Shown here: one piece after another, positions 56,160-64,000 of the stretch | Numbering within the stretch: the stretch's first letter is position 1 | Layout: the number at the start of each line of letters is the position of its first letter | NCBI GenBank assembly: GCA_045611685.1 | Contig: JAZKXO010000026.1 | Span: forward strand, 18,623-82,622 | Direction: 5' to 3' | Source: Eubacteriales bacterium | GTDB taxonomy: Bacteria > Bacillota > Clostridia > Oscillospirales > CAG-272 | DNA: 64,000 bases | Notes under the pieces: model-generated | What the model saw: the letters and a program-made list of their open reading frames with translations, nothing else | The model's database searches: none | What the model was told of the DNA's origin: nothing | Made by a program: the position numbers and the translations under genes

Positions 56160-56819
56160 TCACACCTTGTAGTAATCGAGCTTTTTCTCACACCATCCGA
56201 AGAAGAGCGTGAGAACACCCACGAAGATCAGGAAGAATACGGCGATGTAGAAGAGCGGCCACACGATGCCGTAGGCGAGATAATCCATCTCGTTCACAAA
56301 GAAGATCTCCGCCACCGCGATCACGCGGGCGAGGGACGTGTCCTTGACGAGCGTTATGACCTCGTTGCTGATCGGCGCCAGAATGCGCTTCACTACCTGC
56401 ATAAGGATCACGGTGAAGAACATCTCCGCCCCCGTCATACCGAGAACCTCTGCCGCCTCGTACTGCCCCTTCGGGATCCCCTCGATGCCGCCGCGGTAGA
56501 TCTCGGAGAAATAGCAGGCGTAATTGATTACGAACGCCACGAGCGCCGCCGTAAAGCGGCCGTTATCTCCCGAGAACGGCTGGACACCGAACAGCAGTCC
56601 CGGCACGTAGAACACCACGAACAGCTGAAGCATAAGCGGCGTTCCGCGGATGATCCACACAAACGTGCGGGTGAGCCACGAAAGCGGCTTGAATTTGGAC
56701 ATCGAGCCGAACGCCACGACGAGCCCGAGGGGCAGCGAAAAGACGAGCGTCAAGGCGAATAAAAGACAGGTAACGCCAAACCCTTCGAAAAGGGTCTGCG
56801 TGATCGACAGAAAATTCAT
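56160..56819 (-). CDS. amino acid ABC transporter permease (His/Glu/Gln/Arg/opine family)
   Basis: 219 aa, polytopic, with the EAA-like loop EAAEVLGMTGAEMFFTVILMQ. Confidence 0.9.
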   Translation of the reverse strand: MNFLSITQTLFEGFGVTCLLFALTLVFSLPLGLVVAFGSMSKFKPLSWLTRTFVWIIRGTPLMLQLFVVFYVPGLLFGVQPFSGDNGRFTAALVAFVINYACYFSEIYRGGIEGIPKGQYEAAEVLGMTGAEMFFTVILMQVVKRILAPISNEVITLVKDTSLARVIAVAEIFFVNEMDYLAYGIVWPLFYIAVFFLIFVGVLTLFFGWCEKKLDYYKV

Positions 56820-57646
56820 TAAGACTCAGCGCCGATGTTGGGGATCAGATCGTTCGTGAGGTTGTATTTTGCCGCGATTTCAGCGAGCTTGCCGTTCTCG
56901 GAGAGGCTCTTTATCGCCTCGTTGATCTTCGCGGTCAGATCGCTGCCCTTGCGTGCACCGATCGCGTATACCTCGCTCTCCGGCTGTACGGCGTCGTTGA
57001 TAGCGAGCGCCGCGTAGTCGCCGCTGCCAACCATGGCCTTCGCCATCTGGTAGTCGATTACGGCAAAGTCAGCGTTGCCGGCTACGAGCTCCATGAGAGC
57101 CGCTGCCTGCGAGGTAAAGGTCGTTACCTTATCCTCAGCGCCGCAAAGCTCAATAGCAACGCCCTCACCGGAGGAGCCGCCCTCGGCAACAGCCTTCTTG
57201 CCGGCAAATGCCTCTGCCGTGTTCAACTCAGCGATGCGGTCAGCCTTCGTGATGATAACCTGACGGTTCTCAAGGTAGGAGTAGGTGAAATCTACGTACT
57301 CGGTACGGGATTTGCCGTCGCTTTCCATACCGTAGGTGAAGCCGTTCCAGATGAGATCAATCGCACCGGAGTTCAGCTCCATGTACTTGTTCGGCCAACT
57401 AATCACCTGGAATTTTGCCTCAAGGCCGAGCTGTTCGGCAACGGCGGTAGCGAACTCGGTGTCAAAGCCGGTCAGATTGCCGTCTTCGTCAAAGTAGTTC
57501 ATGGGAGCGTATACGGTGATACCGCATACGAAGTAGCCTTTTTCCTCAATCGCTGCCCAGTCGGACTTTTTGCCGCAGGATGCGAGCACTGCGAGCGCCA
57601 TAACGAGAGAAAGCGCCAGCGCCATAATCTTTACAAACTTTTTCAT
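56819..57646 (-). CDS. amino acid ABC transporter substrate-binding lipoprotein
   Basis: MKKFVKIMALALSLVMALAVLASC-GKK carries a lipobox, followed by an SBP family 3 body (DLIWNGFTY...). Confidence 0.88.
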   Translation of the reverse strand: MKKFVKIMALALSLVMALAVLASCGKKSDWAAIEEKGYFVCGITVYAPMNYFDEDGNLTGFDTEFATAVAEQLGLEAKFQVISWPNKYMELNSGAIDLIWNGFTYGMESDGKSRTEYVDFTYSYLENRQVIITKADRIAELNTAEAFAGKKAVAEGGSSGEGVAIELCGAEDKVTTFTSQAAALMELVAGNADFAVIDYQMAKAMVGSGDYAALAINDAVQPESEVYAIGARKGSDLTAKINEAIKSLSENGKLAEIAAKYNLTNDLIPNIGAES

Positions 57647-57829
57647 GATAAATACCTCTTTCTTCTTATAGAAAAATATATCGTTGTTTTGTTGCTTTAG
57701 CACTTTATCGTGCTAAAGCGCTGTATTATGATACCACATATCAGCACGGTTGTCAAGAGGGTTTTGTATTTTTCTAAAAAAGAAAAACGGATACGCCGCA
57801 TCTCTACCAATACCGTCCCCGCCTTACAT

Positions 57830-58480
57830 GGAAGGGGATTTTCTGCCCACGCCGCGAGGATGCCGTTTTTGCCGAAGGCAAAAGTCCGCGCTTCTTAACA
57901 AGGTTGCCGTTTTACGGCAACCTTGCCGAGACGGAAGCAGCGCTTTGAACTACGGCGCTCGAAATCCCGTCTCGCCTCGACGCAGATAATCCCCGAAGGG
58001 GATTTTCTGCCCACGCCGCGCGAAATTCCCCGCGGCGAAGCCGCGTCACTACTGAATATCGGCAAACAGTCTTTCCGTATTCGGCTCGCGTAGCGGGGAT
58101 CACAAGTAAATTCGCCTGTGCCTAAGAGGGATAGAGAGGTGTCGGGGAGGAAGGGAGAATATGTCCCCGCCTCTCCCTTCCTCTCTGACGCGGGGTTGCC
58201 GCGAAGGGCTCCGCGTGGGCCCTTCGTGCCGCCGGAGGCAGGCGCCTCCCATTCATACCAATATTGTTTTGCGCTTTCGCGCGGAGGGGAGAAGCCGCGT
58301 CACGGTGTTCCCGATGCGGTATGACATCCACAAACCTGTAGGGGGGCATTCCATATGCCCCCGTTTCGGTCGTCGTTGTCGTATTTGCGGGCGGATATGG
58401 AATCCGCCCCTACTCCCGCCCTACAGCGAGACCGGGGCTTTGCCCCTCTCCCCGCGAAATTTCCTCTTGCGTTTTCCTTT
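57830..58480. repeat. cluster of GC-rich REP-like palindromic elements in a ~0.8 kb non-coding gap
   Basis: The direct repeat aaggggattttctgcccacgccgcg occurs at 57831-57856 and 57996-58021. Hairpins include AAGGTTGCCG-TTTTA-CGGCAACCTT. An inverted pair is formed by GTAGGGGGGCATTCCATATGCCCCC (58339-58363) and GGGCGGATATGGAATCCGCCCCTAC (58389-58413). Confidence 0.75.
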
Positions 58481-58524
58481 CAATGGCGGTATAATATAAA
58501 AAAGGAAGTAAGGGATGTGAGACG

Positions 58525-59202
58525 GTGCTGGACGCAGTTCTTTTTGATCTCGACGGAACGCTTGCGGATACTATGCCGAGTCTGGTATTCTGCGTAAACC
58601 AAACGCGCGCGCACTTCGGTCTCGATCCCGTCTCCCCCGATACGGTTCTCGGATGCGTAGGCCTCGGCGAGCGCGATTTCGTCCGCGGCGGCATCACCGA
58701 GGAGACGATCGCCGAGCGGGGCGAAGCCTTTTTCGAAGAAGCATACGATTTTTATAAATCCTTTTATGCCGAGCACGCCACGTATCTCACCGCCCCGTAC
58801 GCGGGAATCACGGCGGCACTGGATACACTCCGCGCCCGTGAGCTTCGCCTCGGGATCGTCTCGAACAAAGCGCACGAGTTTGTCACCGAGATGGCGGAGA
58901 TGCTTTTCCCCGGCCGCTTCTCTGCGGTCGTCGGCGTGGGCGAGCTCCCGCCGAAACCCGATCCCGCCCCCGCGATCGAAGCCGCACGGATGATGGGCGT
59001 GCAGCCCCGCCGCTGCGCCTTCGTCGGCGACTCTGAGATTGATATGGAGACGGCAAAAAATGCGGGCATGATCCCCCTCGGCGTCTCGTGGGGATACCGT
59101 CCGCCGATGCTTCTCAGGCACGCGGGTGCTGTGGCGATCGCCGACGCGCCAAACGATCTCGCAACCCTTATCGGCCTTTGCGAGAAGGGGCTTCTTCTCT
59201 GA
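58525..59202 (+). CDS. HAD-superfamily phosphatase (phosphoglycolate phosphatase-like)
   Basis: GTG start, then LDAVLFDLDGTLADT, SNK and GDSEIDMETAKNAG. A TTGCGT-17-TATAAT promoter lies at about 58468-58496. Confidence 0.85.
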   Translation: MLDAVLFDLDGTLADTMPSLVFCVNQTRAHFGLDPVSPDTVLGCVGLGERDFVRGGITEETIAERGEAFFEEAYDFYKSFYAEHATYLTAPYAGITAALDTLRARELRLGIVSNKAHEFVTEMAEMLFPGRFSAVVGVGELPPKPDPAPAIEAARMMGVQPRRCAFVGDSEIDMETAKNAGMIPLGVSWGYRPPMLLRHAGAVAIADAPNDLATLIGLCEKGLLL

Positions 59203-59270
59203 TTTTCGAACAAAATACCGGGCATCCCCCGGATTTTTAATACATTTTTCTTTCTTAGGAGACAAAAAAC

Positions 59271-60137
59271 ATGGTACCTTTCAAAGTGGATCTTACAAAA
59301 GAAGTAGCAGTCGTAACGGGCGCGGGCGGCGTTCTGTGCTCCGGCTTTGCAAAAGCGCTTTCCGAATGCGGTGCTAAAGTTGCCGTATGCGATCTGCGCC
59401 TCGAAGCCGCACAGAAAGTGGCAGATGAGATAAATGCAGCCGGCGGCAAAGCCGCGGCTTTTGAGATGAATGTTCTCAAAAAGGAATCCATCGTGGAGGC
59501 ACAGCAGAAGATCCACGAACAGTTCGGCGAGGTAACGATCCTTCTGAACGGCGCGGGCGGAAACAATCCCAAGGGCACGACCGACCGCGAATACTGCACC
59601 CCCGAGGATATCGCTGAGCTGGAGAAGAACGGCACGATCGAGGGCGTCAAAACCTTCTTCGATCTCGATCCCGACGGCATTTCGTTCGTGTTTAATCTGA
59701 ACTTCCTCGGCACGCTTCTCCCCACGCAGGTGTTCGGCCGCGAGATGGCAAAGACGGGCGGCACGGTGATCAACGTGTCCTCCATGAACGCATTCTGCCC
59801 GCTCACGAAGATCCCCGCTTACTCGGGCGCCAAGGCCGCCGTGTCGAACTTCACGCAGTGGCTGGCTGTACACTTCGCTCCCGTCGGCATCCGCGTAAAC
59901 GCGATCGCACCCGGCTTCTTCTGCACCGATCAGAACCGTGCGCTCCTCTTCAACGCGGACGGCACGCTTTCCGCACGCTCGCAGAAGATTCTGAACAACA
60001 CGCCGATGAATCGCTTCGGCGAGCCGGACGATCTGACCGGCACGCTTCTGTGGCTGGCAGACAAGAACGCATCCGCATTCGTAACGGGCGTAGTAGTTCC
60101 CGTTGACGGCGGTTTCGCGGCTTATTCCGGAGTTTAA
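59271..60137 (+). CDS. SDR-family oxidoreductase
   Basis: VAVVTGAGGVLCSGFA (TGxxxGxG), NGAG, and the catalytic YSGAKAA. 288 aa. Confidence 0.9.
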   Translation: MVPFKVDLTKEVAVVTGAGGVLCSGFAKALSECGAKVAVCDLRLEAAQKVADEINAAGGKAAAFEMNVLKKESIVEAQQKIHEQFGEVTILLNGAGGNNPKGTTDREYCTPEDIAELEKNGTIEGVKTFFDLDPDGISFVFNLNFLGTLLPTQVFGREMAKTGGTVINVSSMNAFCPLTKIPAYSGAKAAVSNFTQWLAVHFAPVGIRVNAIAPGFFCTDQNRALLFNADGTLSARSQKILNNTPMNRFGEPDDLTGTLLWLADKNASAFVTGVVVPVDGGFAAYSGV

Positions 60138-60152
60138 GAATGATGACAGGAC

Positions 60153-60367
60153 GGGGGAGGGGCTTTTGACAAAAGCCCCTCCCCCGAGCCCCCTCTCCAA
60201 AACCTTTATGCTGAATTTCTGTTTTCGGCAGTGCGCAGACGGCTCGTCTGCCAAAAACCAAAAACACCGCCCTTGCGTATTTGTGCGCACGGACGGTGTT
60301 TCTTTTATAGGTTAAAGGTTTTGGGAAGGGGTACGGGGGAACCCCTTTTGTCAAAAGGGGTTCCCCC
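60153..60367. repeat. two composite 3' modules back to back (after SDR on +, after the lipoprotein gene on -)
   Basis: GGGGGAGGGGCTTTTGACAAAAGCCCCTCCCCC (60153-60185) + ccaaaacctttatgctga + a GTGCGC-core hairpin. Mirrored on the other side by a hairpin + cttttataggttaaaggttttggg + GGGGGAACCCCTTTTGTCAAAAGGGGTTCCCCC (60335-60367). Confidence 0.8.
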
Positions 60368-60385
60368 GCTGTTTTTTTTATTATA

Positions 60386-62944
60386 TTACGAATTCTCTGC
60401 TACGTACGTCGATACGCGATTCTGGATCAGCTTCACCGTTTCTTCGAGCGATTTCTGACCGGCGAAGTACGCACCTGCATCCTCTTTGATGATGCTCGTC
60501 ACGCTTTGATTCTGCCGCATCACACGGCTGACGGACTTGACGTAATCACGGAGCATCTCTGCTATCTCGCGATCGAGGAACAATACCTCGTCTCGGTAGC
60601 CCGGGTACGGGCTGGGCATACCGATGATGCCGCCGACACCCGTCGTAACGACGGCGATCTCCTTCTCTGCTGTGTCCGTCTCCTCCTCCACGGCGATCTC
60701 CGTTTCGGGGAGGGCGGTCGTCATTTCTACCGTGGGGAACGTCTCGGGGAGTACGGCGATGCCGTCATCGATAACGATATCCCCATTGCCGCCCATCATT
60801 TCCTCGTAGCGCTTCTTTTCCTCCTCGGCCTGGCGGATCGCCTCTTCCATCATGGCGTCGAGCGCATCCGTCCGAATCGGGAAATAATAGTTATTCTTTT
60901 CTTGATATTCTTTCGTAAGGAAGTAGCTCACGAACTGCCATGCGCCATCCTTGAGTGCGGTTTTCGAGCTGATCGCAAAGCTCATATCGCCGGGGATGAT
61001 CGCGCCGCCGTTTTCTCCGTCGGTCGGTGCGCCGACGAGGGTGATATCTCTCGTGTAGAACGTGTAGTTCACAAGGCTCGTATACACGTTGAACGAGGAC
61101 ATATACACCTGCTCGAGTGCCGCCAGATCCTCGCGGAAGCGGTTATCGTACTGCAGCCAGTAATTCTCGCCGTAGATGCCACTGTCATCCTTCGGCCGCT
61201 CGGGGAGCGATGCGACGAATGAAAGCAGATCGGAGAATGCAATCGAGTCAAACGAGCACGTGCCCGTATCGGCATCAATGAACTCCTCGTAACAGAAGGA
61301 AAGGAAGAGATCGAACACGTCCTCGCGGTAGAGATCGAAGAACACCTTCGTCGTCTCGGGCAGATTTCTCGCCCAGCGGGCGAAATCGCTCATCGTCCAC
61401 GAGGTACGGTCGCCCACGACGGACGTTTTGCCGGCGAGCGTCTGAATACTGAAGCTCGGGAAGATCTCGTAAAGCTTGCCGTCGACGTCAAGCGCTTCGA
61501 GCACGTTCGGGAGGAAATCGTCTCTCGAGAAGCGCTCGTCCTTATCAATGAGCGGATACAGATCGAGAAGAAGCCCCTTCGCGATGTACGATTCGATCGG
61601 CATATACGTGTTGGTCAGAAGAATATCAGGGCCGCGGCCGGCGATGATATCGTTGTTCATCGCGGTTACCGCTTTTTCAATCAGCTCGTCATAATTGTAA
61701 TCCTGACCATCTTCAAGGTAATCGTCCAGTTTGTACGTTCTGATGTTCACGCGGTACTCGTCGCTCTGCCGATTGAAGCGGACAGCCTCTTCGCGAATCG
61801 TCCAGTCGTCAGCCAGCACGGCAACGTCGATGATATACTTCGGAACGAGCTCATCCTCGGGCACGCGGTCGAGAATGAAGATCGCCTCGGTCTGGGTGAA
61901 CGAATCGTAGCCGTACGTTACGAATTTCTCGGGGGAGATGACCTTCATATTGTACGCGACGTTGTAGTTAAGGTCGGAGTTCATGAAGTTCAGAACCTCA
62001 ACCGCCGTTTTTGTCTCAAGATCAAATCCGTACACAGCAGTCTCGTTCATGAAGTAGAAGGTGTAGCCCTCTCCCTCAAAGAAGTTGTACATGTTATCGA
62101 AATAGTCGCCCTCCAGCTTCAGCGGCTCGCCGAGTACCGCCGTCTTCGTATCAAGCGGAATGAGGGAGAACACGTTTTTCGATCCGGTATAACCGCAGTG
62201 GAGGAAATACAGATCATCCCCGTCGGTGAGGCGATGCTGGATATAGCCGCTCGTGAGGTAATCCTTCGTATCGAGCTTTGTGAACGACTCGGCATCCGTC
62301 GGGCGGAGGAAGAGCACCTCTTCACCGGCATCGTATCCGCCGATGAGAAGAGAGCCGTCCCCACACACGGTGAGATTGTAAAGGCTGCGATACTCGCCCT
62401 CTGCCTGCGGCGCACCGAACACGTTTTGCTCCGTGAACGCCTCAATGATCGTGCCGTCTGCCGCCGTGTGCTTGAACGTATACTTCTCCGTCGAGGTGTA
62501 GGTGATCGGATCGTACGTGTAGGTGCACGTACCAACCCAAAGGGTACCGTCGGCGAGCGGCACACGCGTCATCTCGTACGTATGTACGTTCGGATCATCG
62601 TTTTTGAAAATATCCGCAGGATCGTCGATCGGCTCCTTATCGCGCGGCGGGGTAATGTCGGTGAGATTCGTGCCGTCCACGTCCATTTCGTAGATGACGT
62701 CCCAGCTTTCGTAGGTCTTCTCGTCGTAATGCGTACCGGTGATGCGGATCTTTTCCCCTTCGACAGAGAGATCGTACATCCAGCTCATGTTCTCAGGGAT
62801 CGGGATCTCCGTTATCCGATAGACATTCTCGAGCACCTGCTTTTCGGGCATTTTCTGTCCGCCGCCGCAGCCGAAAAGGGCAAGGGGTGTAAGAACGGTC
62901 AAAACGGCGAGCGCCGCTGCAGTAATTCTCCGTTTCATTTTCAT
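60386..62944 (-). CDS. large lipoprotein with C-terminal extracellular solute-binding (ABC SBP family 1-like) domain
   Basis: 852 aa with the lipobox LALFGC-GGG. The N-terminal ~330 aa domain is of unknown type, followed by an SBP-like region (IIAGRGPDILLTN...GLLLDLYPLI...). Confidence 0.7.
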   Translation of the reverse strand: MKMKRRITAAALAVLTVLTPLALFGCGGGQKMPEKQVLENVYRITEIPIPENMSWMYDLSVEGEKIRITGTHYDEKTYESWDVIYEMDVDGTNLTDITPPRDKEPIDDPADIFKNDDPNVHTYEMTRVPLADGTLWVGTCTYTYDPITYTSTEKYTFKHTAADGTIIEAFTEQNVFGAPQAEGEYRSLYNLTVCGDGSLLIGGYDAGEEVLFLRPTDAESFTKLDTKDYLTSGYIQHRLTDGDDLYFLHCGYTGSKNVFSLIPLDTKTAVLGEPLKLEGDYFDNMYNFFEGEGYTFYFMNETAVYGFDLETKTAVEVLNFMNSDLNYNVAYNMKVISPEKFVTYGYDSFTQTEAIFILDRVPEDELVPKYIIDVAVLADDWTIREEAVRFNRQSDEYRVNIRTYKLDDYLEDGQDYNYDELIEKAVTAMNNDIIAGRGPDILLTNTYMPIESYIAKGLLLDLYPLIDKDERFSRDDFLPNVLEALDVDGKLYEIFPSFSIQTLAGKTSVVGDRTSWTMSDFARWARNLPETTKVFFDLYREDVFDLFLSFCYEEFIDADTGTCSFDSIAFSDLLSFVASLPERPKDDSGIYGENYWLQYDNRFREDLAALEQVYMSSFNVYTSLVNYTFYTRDITLVGAPTDGENGGAIIPGDMSFAISSKTALKDGAWQFVSYFLTKEYQEKNNYYFPIRTDALDAMMEEAIRQAEEEKKRYEEMMGGNGDIVIDDGIAVLPETFPTVEMTTALPETEIAVEEETDTAEKEIAVVTTGVGGIIGMPSPYPGYRDEVLFLDREIAEMLRDYVKSVSRVMRQNQSVTSIIKEDAGAYFAGQKSLEETVKLIQNRVSTYVAENS

Positions 62945-64000
62945 AGAGTCTCCTTTTTATAAAAAGATCGCTTGTCAGCCGCCTTTCGGGGCGGTTTCGT
63001 CTTTCCTTTCTTTTTCGCCGCACGGACGGCGGGGATCGTCATATATTCCCAGAGATCATCCCGCTTTTCGCCCGCCGCCGTCTTAAGACGGGAGAGAGCA
63101 CGCTCCGTCGGATGCCAAAGGGCACCGATCAGAACGATAACGCCGACGAGCGCGGCCGAAGCGAAAACGATCTCCCAAAGCAGGTACGATGACGCCTTGT
63201 ACTCTGCCACCCTCGCCACGTTTTCAAACCACGGATAGGTGATGGACGAGGTGCGCACACCGAGCGTATCGCGCCGCAGGGTAATCTCCCAAAGCGCGGG
63301 GATCGAGAATCGCGCGGAGTTCTCCACTGTGACGGCGCTGTCCTTGTAGCCATCGAAAATCTTTCTGACCGTGCCGCGGGCAAAGCCCTCGACCGGCTCG
63401 GGGAGAACCGACTCCCAAACGGTAACGTCAGAAACGTTCCGTCCGAATGCCGAGGAATACGTGAGATAAATGCGGGGCGTTTTGCCGTACCCATCGTAAA
63501 ACCGATTCTCGGGCACGCGGAATACGCCTGCCACGGTATAAGGCACGCCGTCGACCTGAACGGTACTGCCCGCCACGTCAACCGCGCCGAAAAGGGCGAA
63601 TGCCGCCGTCTCGTCGAGGAATACCGCACCGTCCCCCGCGGCGTCATCCGTAAGAGGCGCACCGCTCACAAGATCGGGCGTGTGTACGTAGAAGTAATCC
63701 CCCCCGATGAGCGTAGCCGTTACGGTGAACGTAGCGCGGCTCGTTTCAATATACGTTTCTCTCTCGGTACTGTATGCATAAAACCAGAGACGGCCTTGCC
63801 CCTTTGCCTCAAGCGATGCGTCCGTAAGCGCCGATTCGATCTGCCGGCTCACGCCCTGTATCGCCGATACGGAATACGGGCGGTCCGCCGCAAAAAACAC
63901 GCTCATTTGTACCGAGTCCTCGCCCCATCGTTCGGCGGCGAGCTGATCGGGCAGCGATTTTGCCACCCTGCCGCGTCCAATCTCCAAAAGGAGAATGGCA
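62941..64000 (-). CDS. membrane protein with large extracytoplasmic domain (MacB/FtsX-like permease N-terminal part?); 5' end lies outside the window
   Basis: The frame stays open to the window edge (...AILLLEIGRGRVAK...). It has a large soluble domain, one TM segment (LLWEIVFASAALVGVIVLIGAL) and a basic tail. It overlaps the downstream lipoprotein start by 4 nt. Confidence 0.5.
   Translation of the reverse strand, partial: AILLLEIGRGRVAKSLPDQLAAERWGEDSVQMSVFFAADRPYSVSAIQGVSRQIESALTDASLEAKGQGRLWFYAYSTERETYIETSRATFTVTATLIGGDYFYVHTPDLVSGAPLTDDAAGDGAVFLDETAAFALFGAVDVAGSTVQVDGVPYTVAGVFRVPENRFYDGYGKTPRIYLTYSSAFGRNVSDVTVWESVLPEPVEGFARGTVRKIFDGYKDSAVTVENSARFSIPALWEITLRRDTLGVRTSSITYPWFENVARVAEYKASSYLLWEIVFASAALVGVIVLIGALWHPTERALSRLKTAAGEKRDDLWEYMTIPAVRAAKKKGKTKPPRKAADKRSFYKKETL

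Noticed and set aside
58118-58697. Short ORFs (58161-58499, 58355-58597, 58410-58697 and others) in the REP-like gap
   Set aside because: They are Arg/Pro/Gly-rich translations of palindromic repeats, they overlap one another in several frames, and they have no RBS.

Overview
This is a high-GC chromosomal segment that looks like Firmicutes/Clostridia, judged from its gene content (rny, ymdB, PFOR, IOR-PaaK, Cheo-type boxes). Most of it is housekeeping: infB (3' part), an MBOAT+DHHW O-acyltransferase pair, a lone type IIA topoisomerase B subunit, uvrB-uvrA, PFOR (nifJ), birA, an acyl-CoA ligase, iorA-iorB-paaK-ACT, anion transporters, mnmE, a cysteine desulfurase, rny-ymdB, gnd, a KdgK-like kinase, dusB, pyk, an amino-acid ABC transporter, a HAD phosphatase, an SDR and a large SBP-like lipoprotein. 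Four things stand out. (1) At 11.4-12.2 kb there are three head-to-tail copies of a promoter + ~160-nt structured RNA + intrinsic terminator module. The long helix shows compensatory substitutions between copies, and the array ends in a 60-aa ORF. I cannot assign the RNA to any family I know. (2) At 42.4-52.6 kb there is a compact ~10 kb phage-like head/tail/lysis operon running from TerS to the endolysin. It has no integrase, no replication or lysogeny module and no tape-measure-sized ORF. It is driven by a perfect consensus promoter and carries two GAAC-N4-GTTC (LexA/Cheo-type) palindromes, so it may be a domesticated particle (GTA- or tailocin-like) or a precisely pruned prophage. (3) Two ~700-bp AT-rich two-gene islets (a small gene divergent from an XRE HTH gene) are each bounded by perfect direct repeats of a terminator hairpin; one of them carries paired SLOG/DUF2493 paralogs. 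(4) There are several interspersed repeat families and an unassigned structured RNA candidate upstream of the SulP transporter. No rRNA, tRNA or CRISPR array was seen. All family calls come from reading the translations and motifs by eye; no searches were run.
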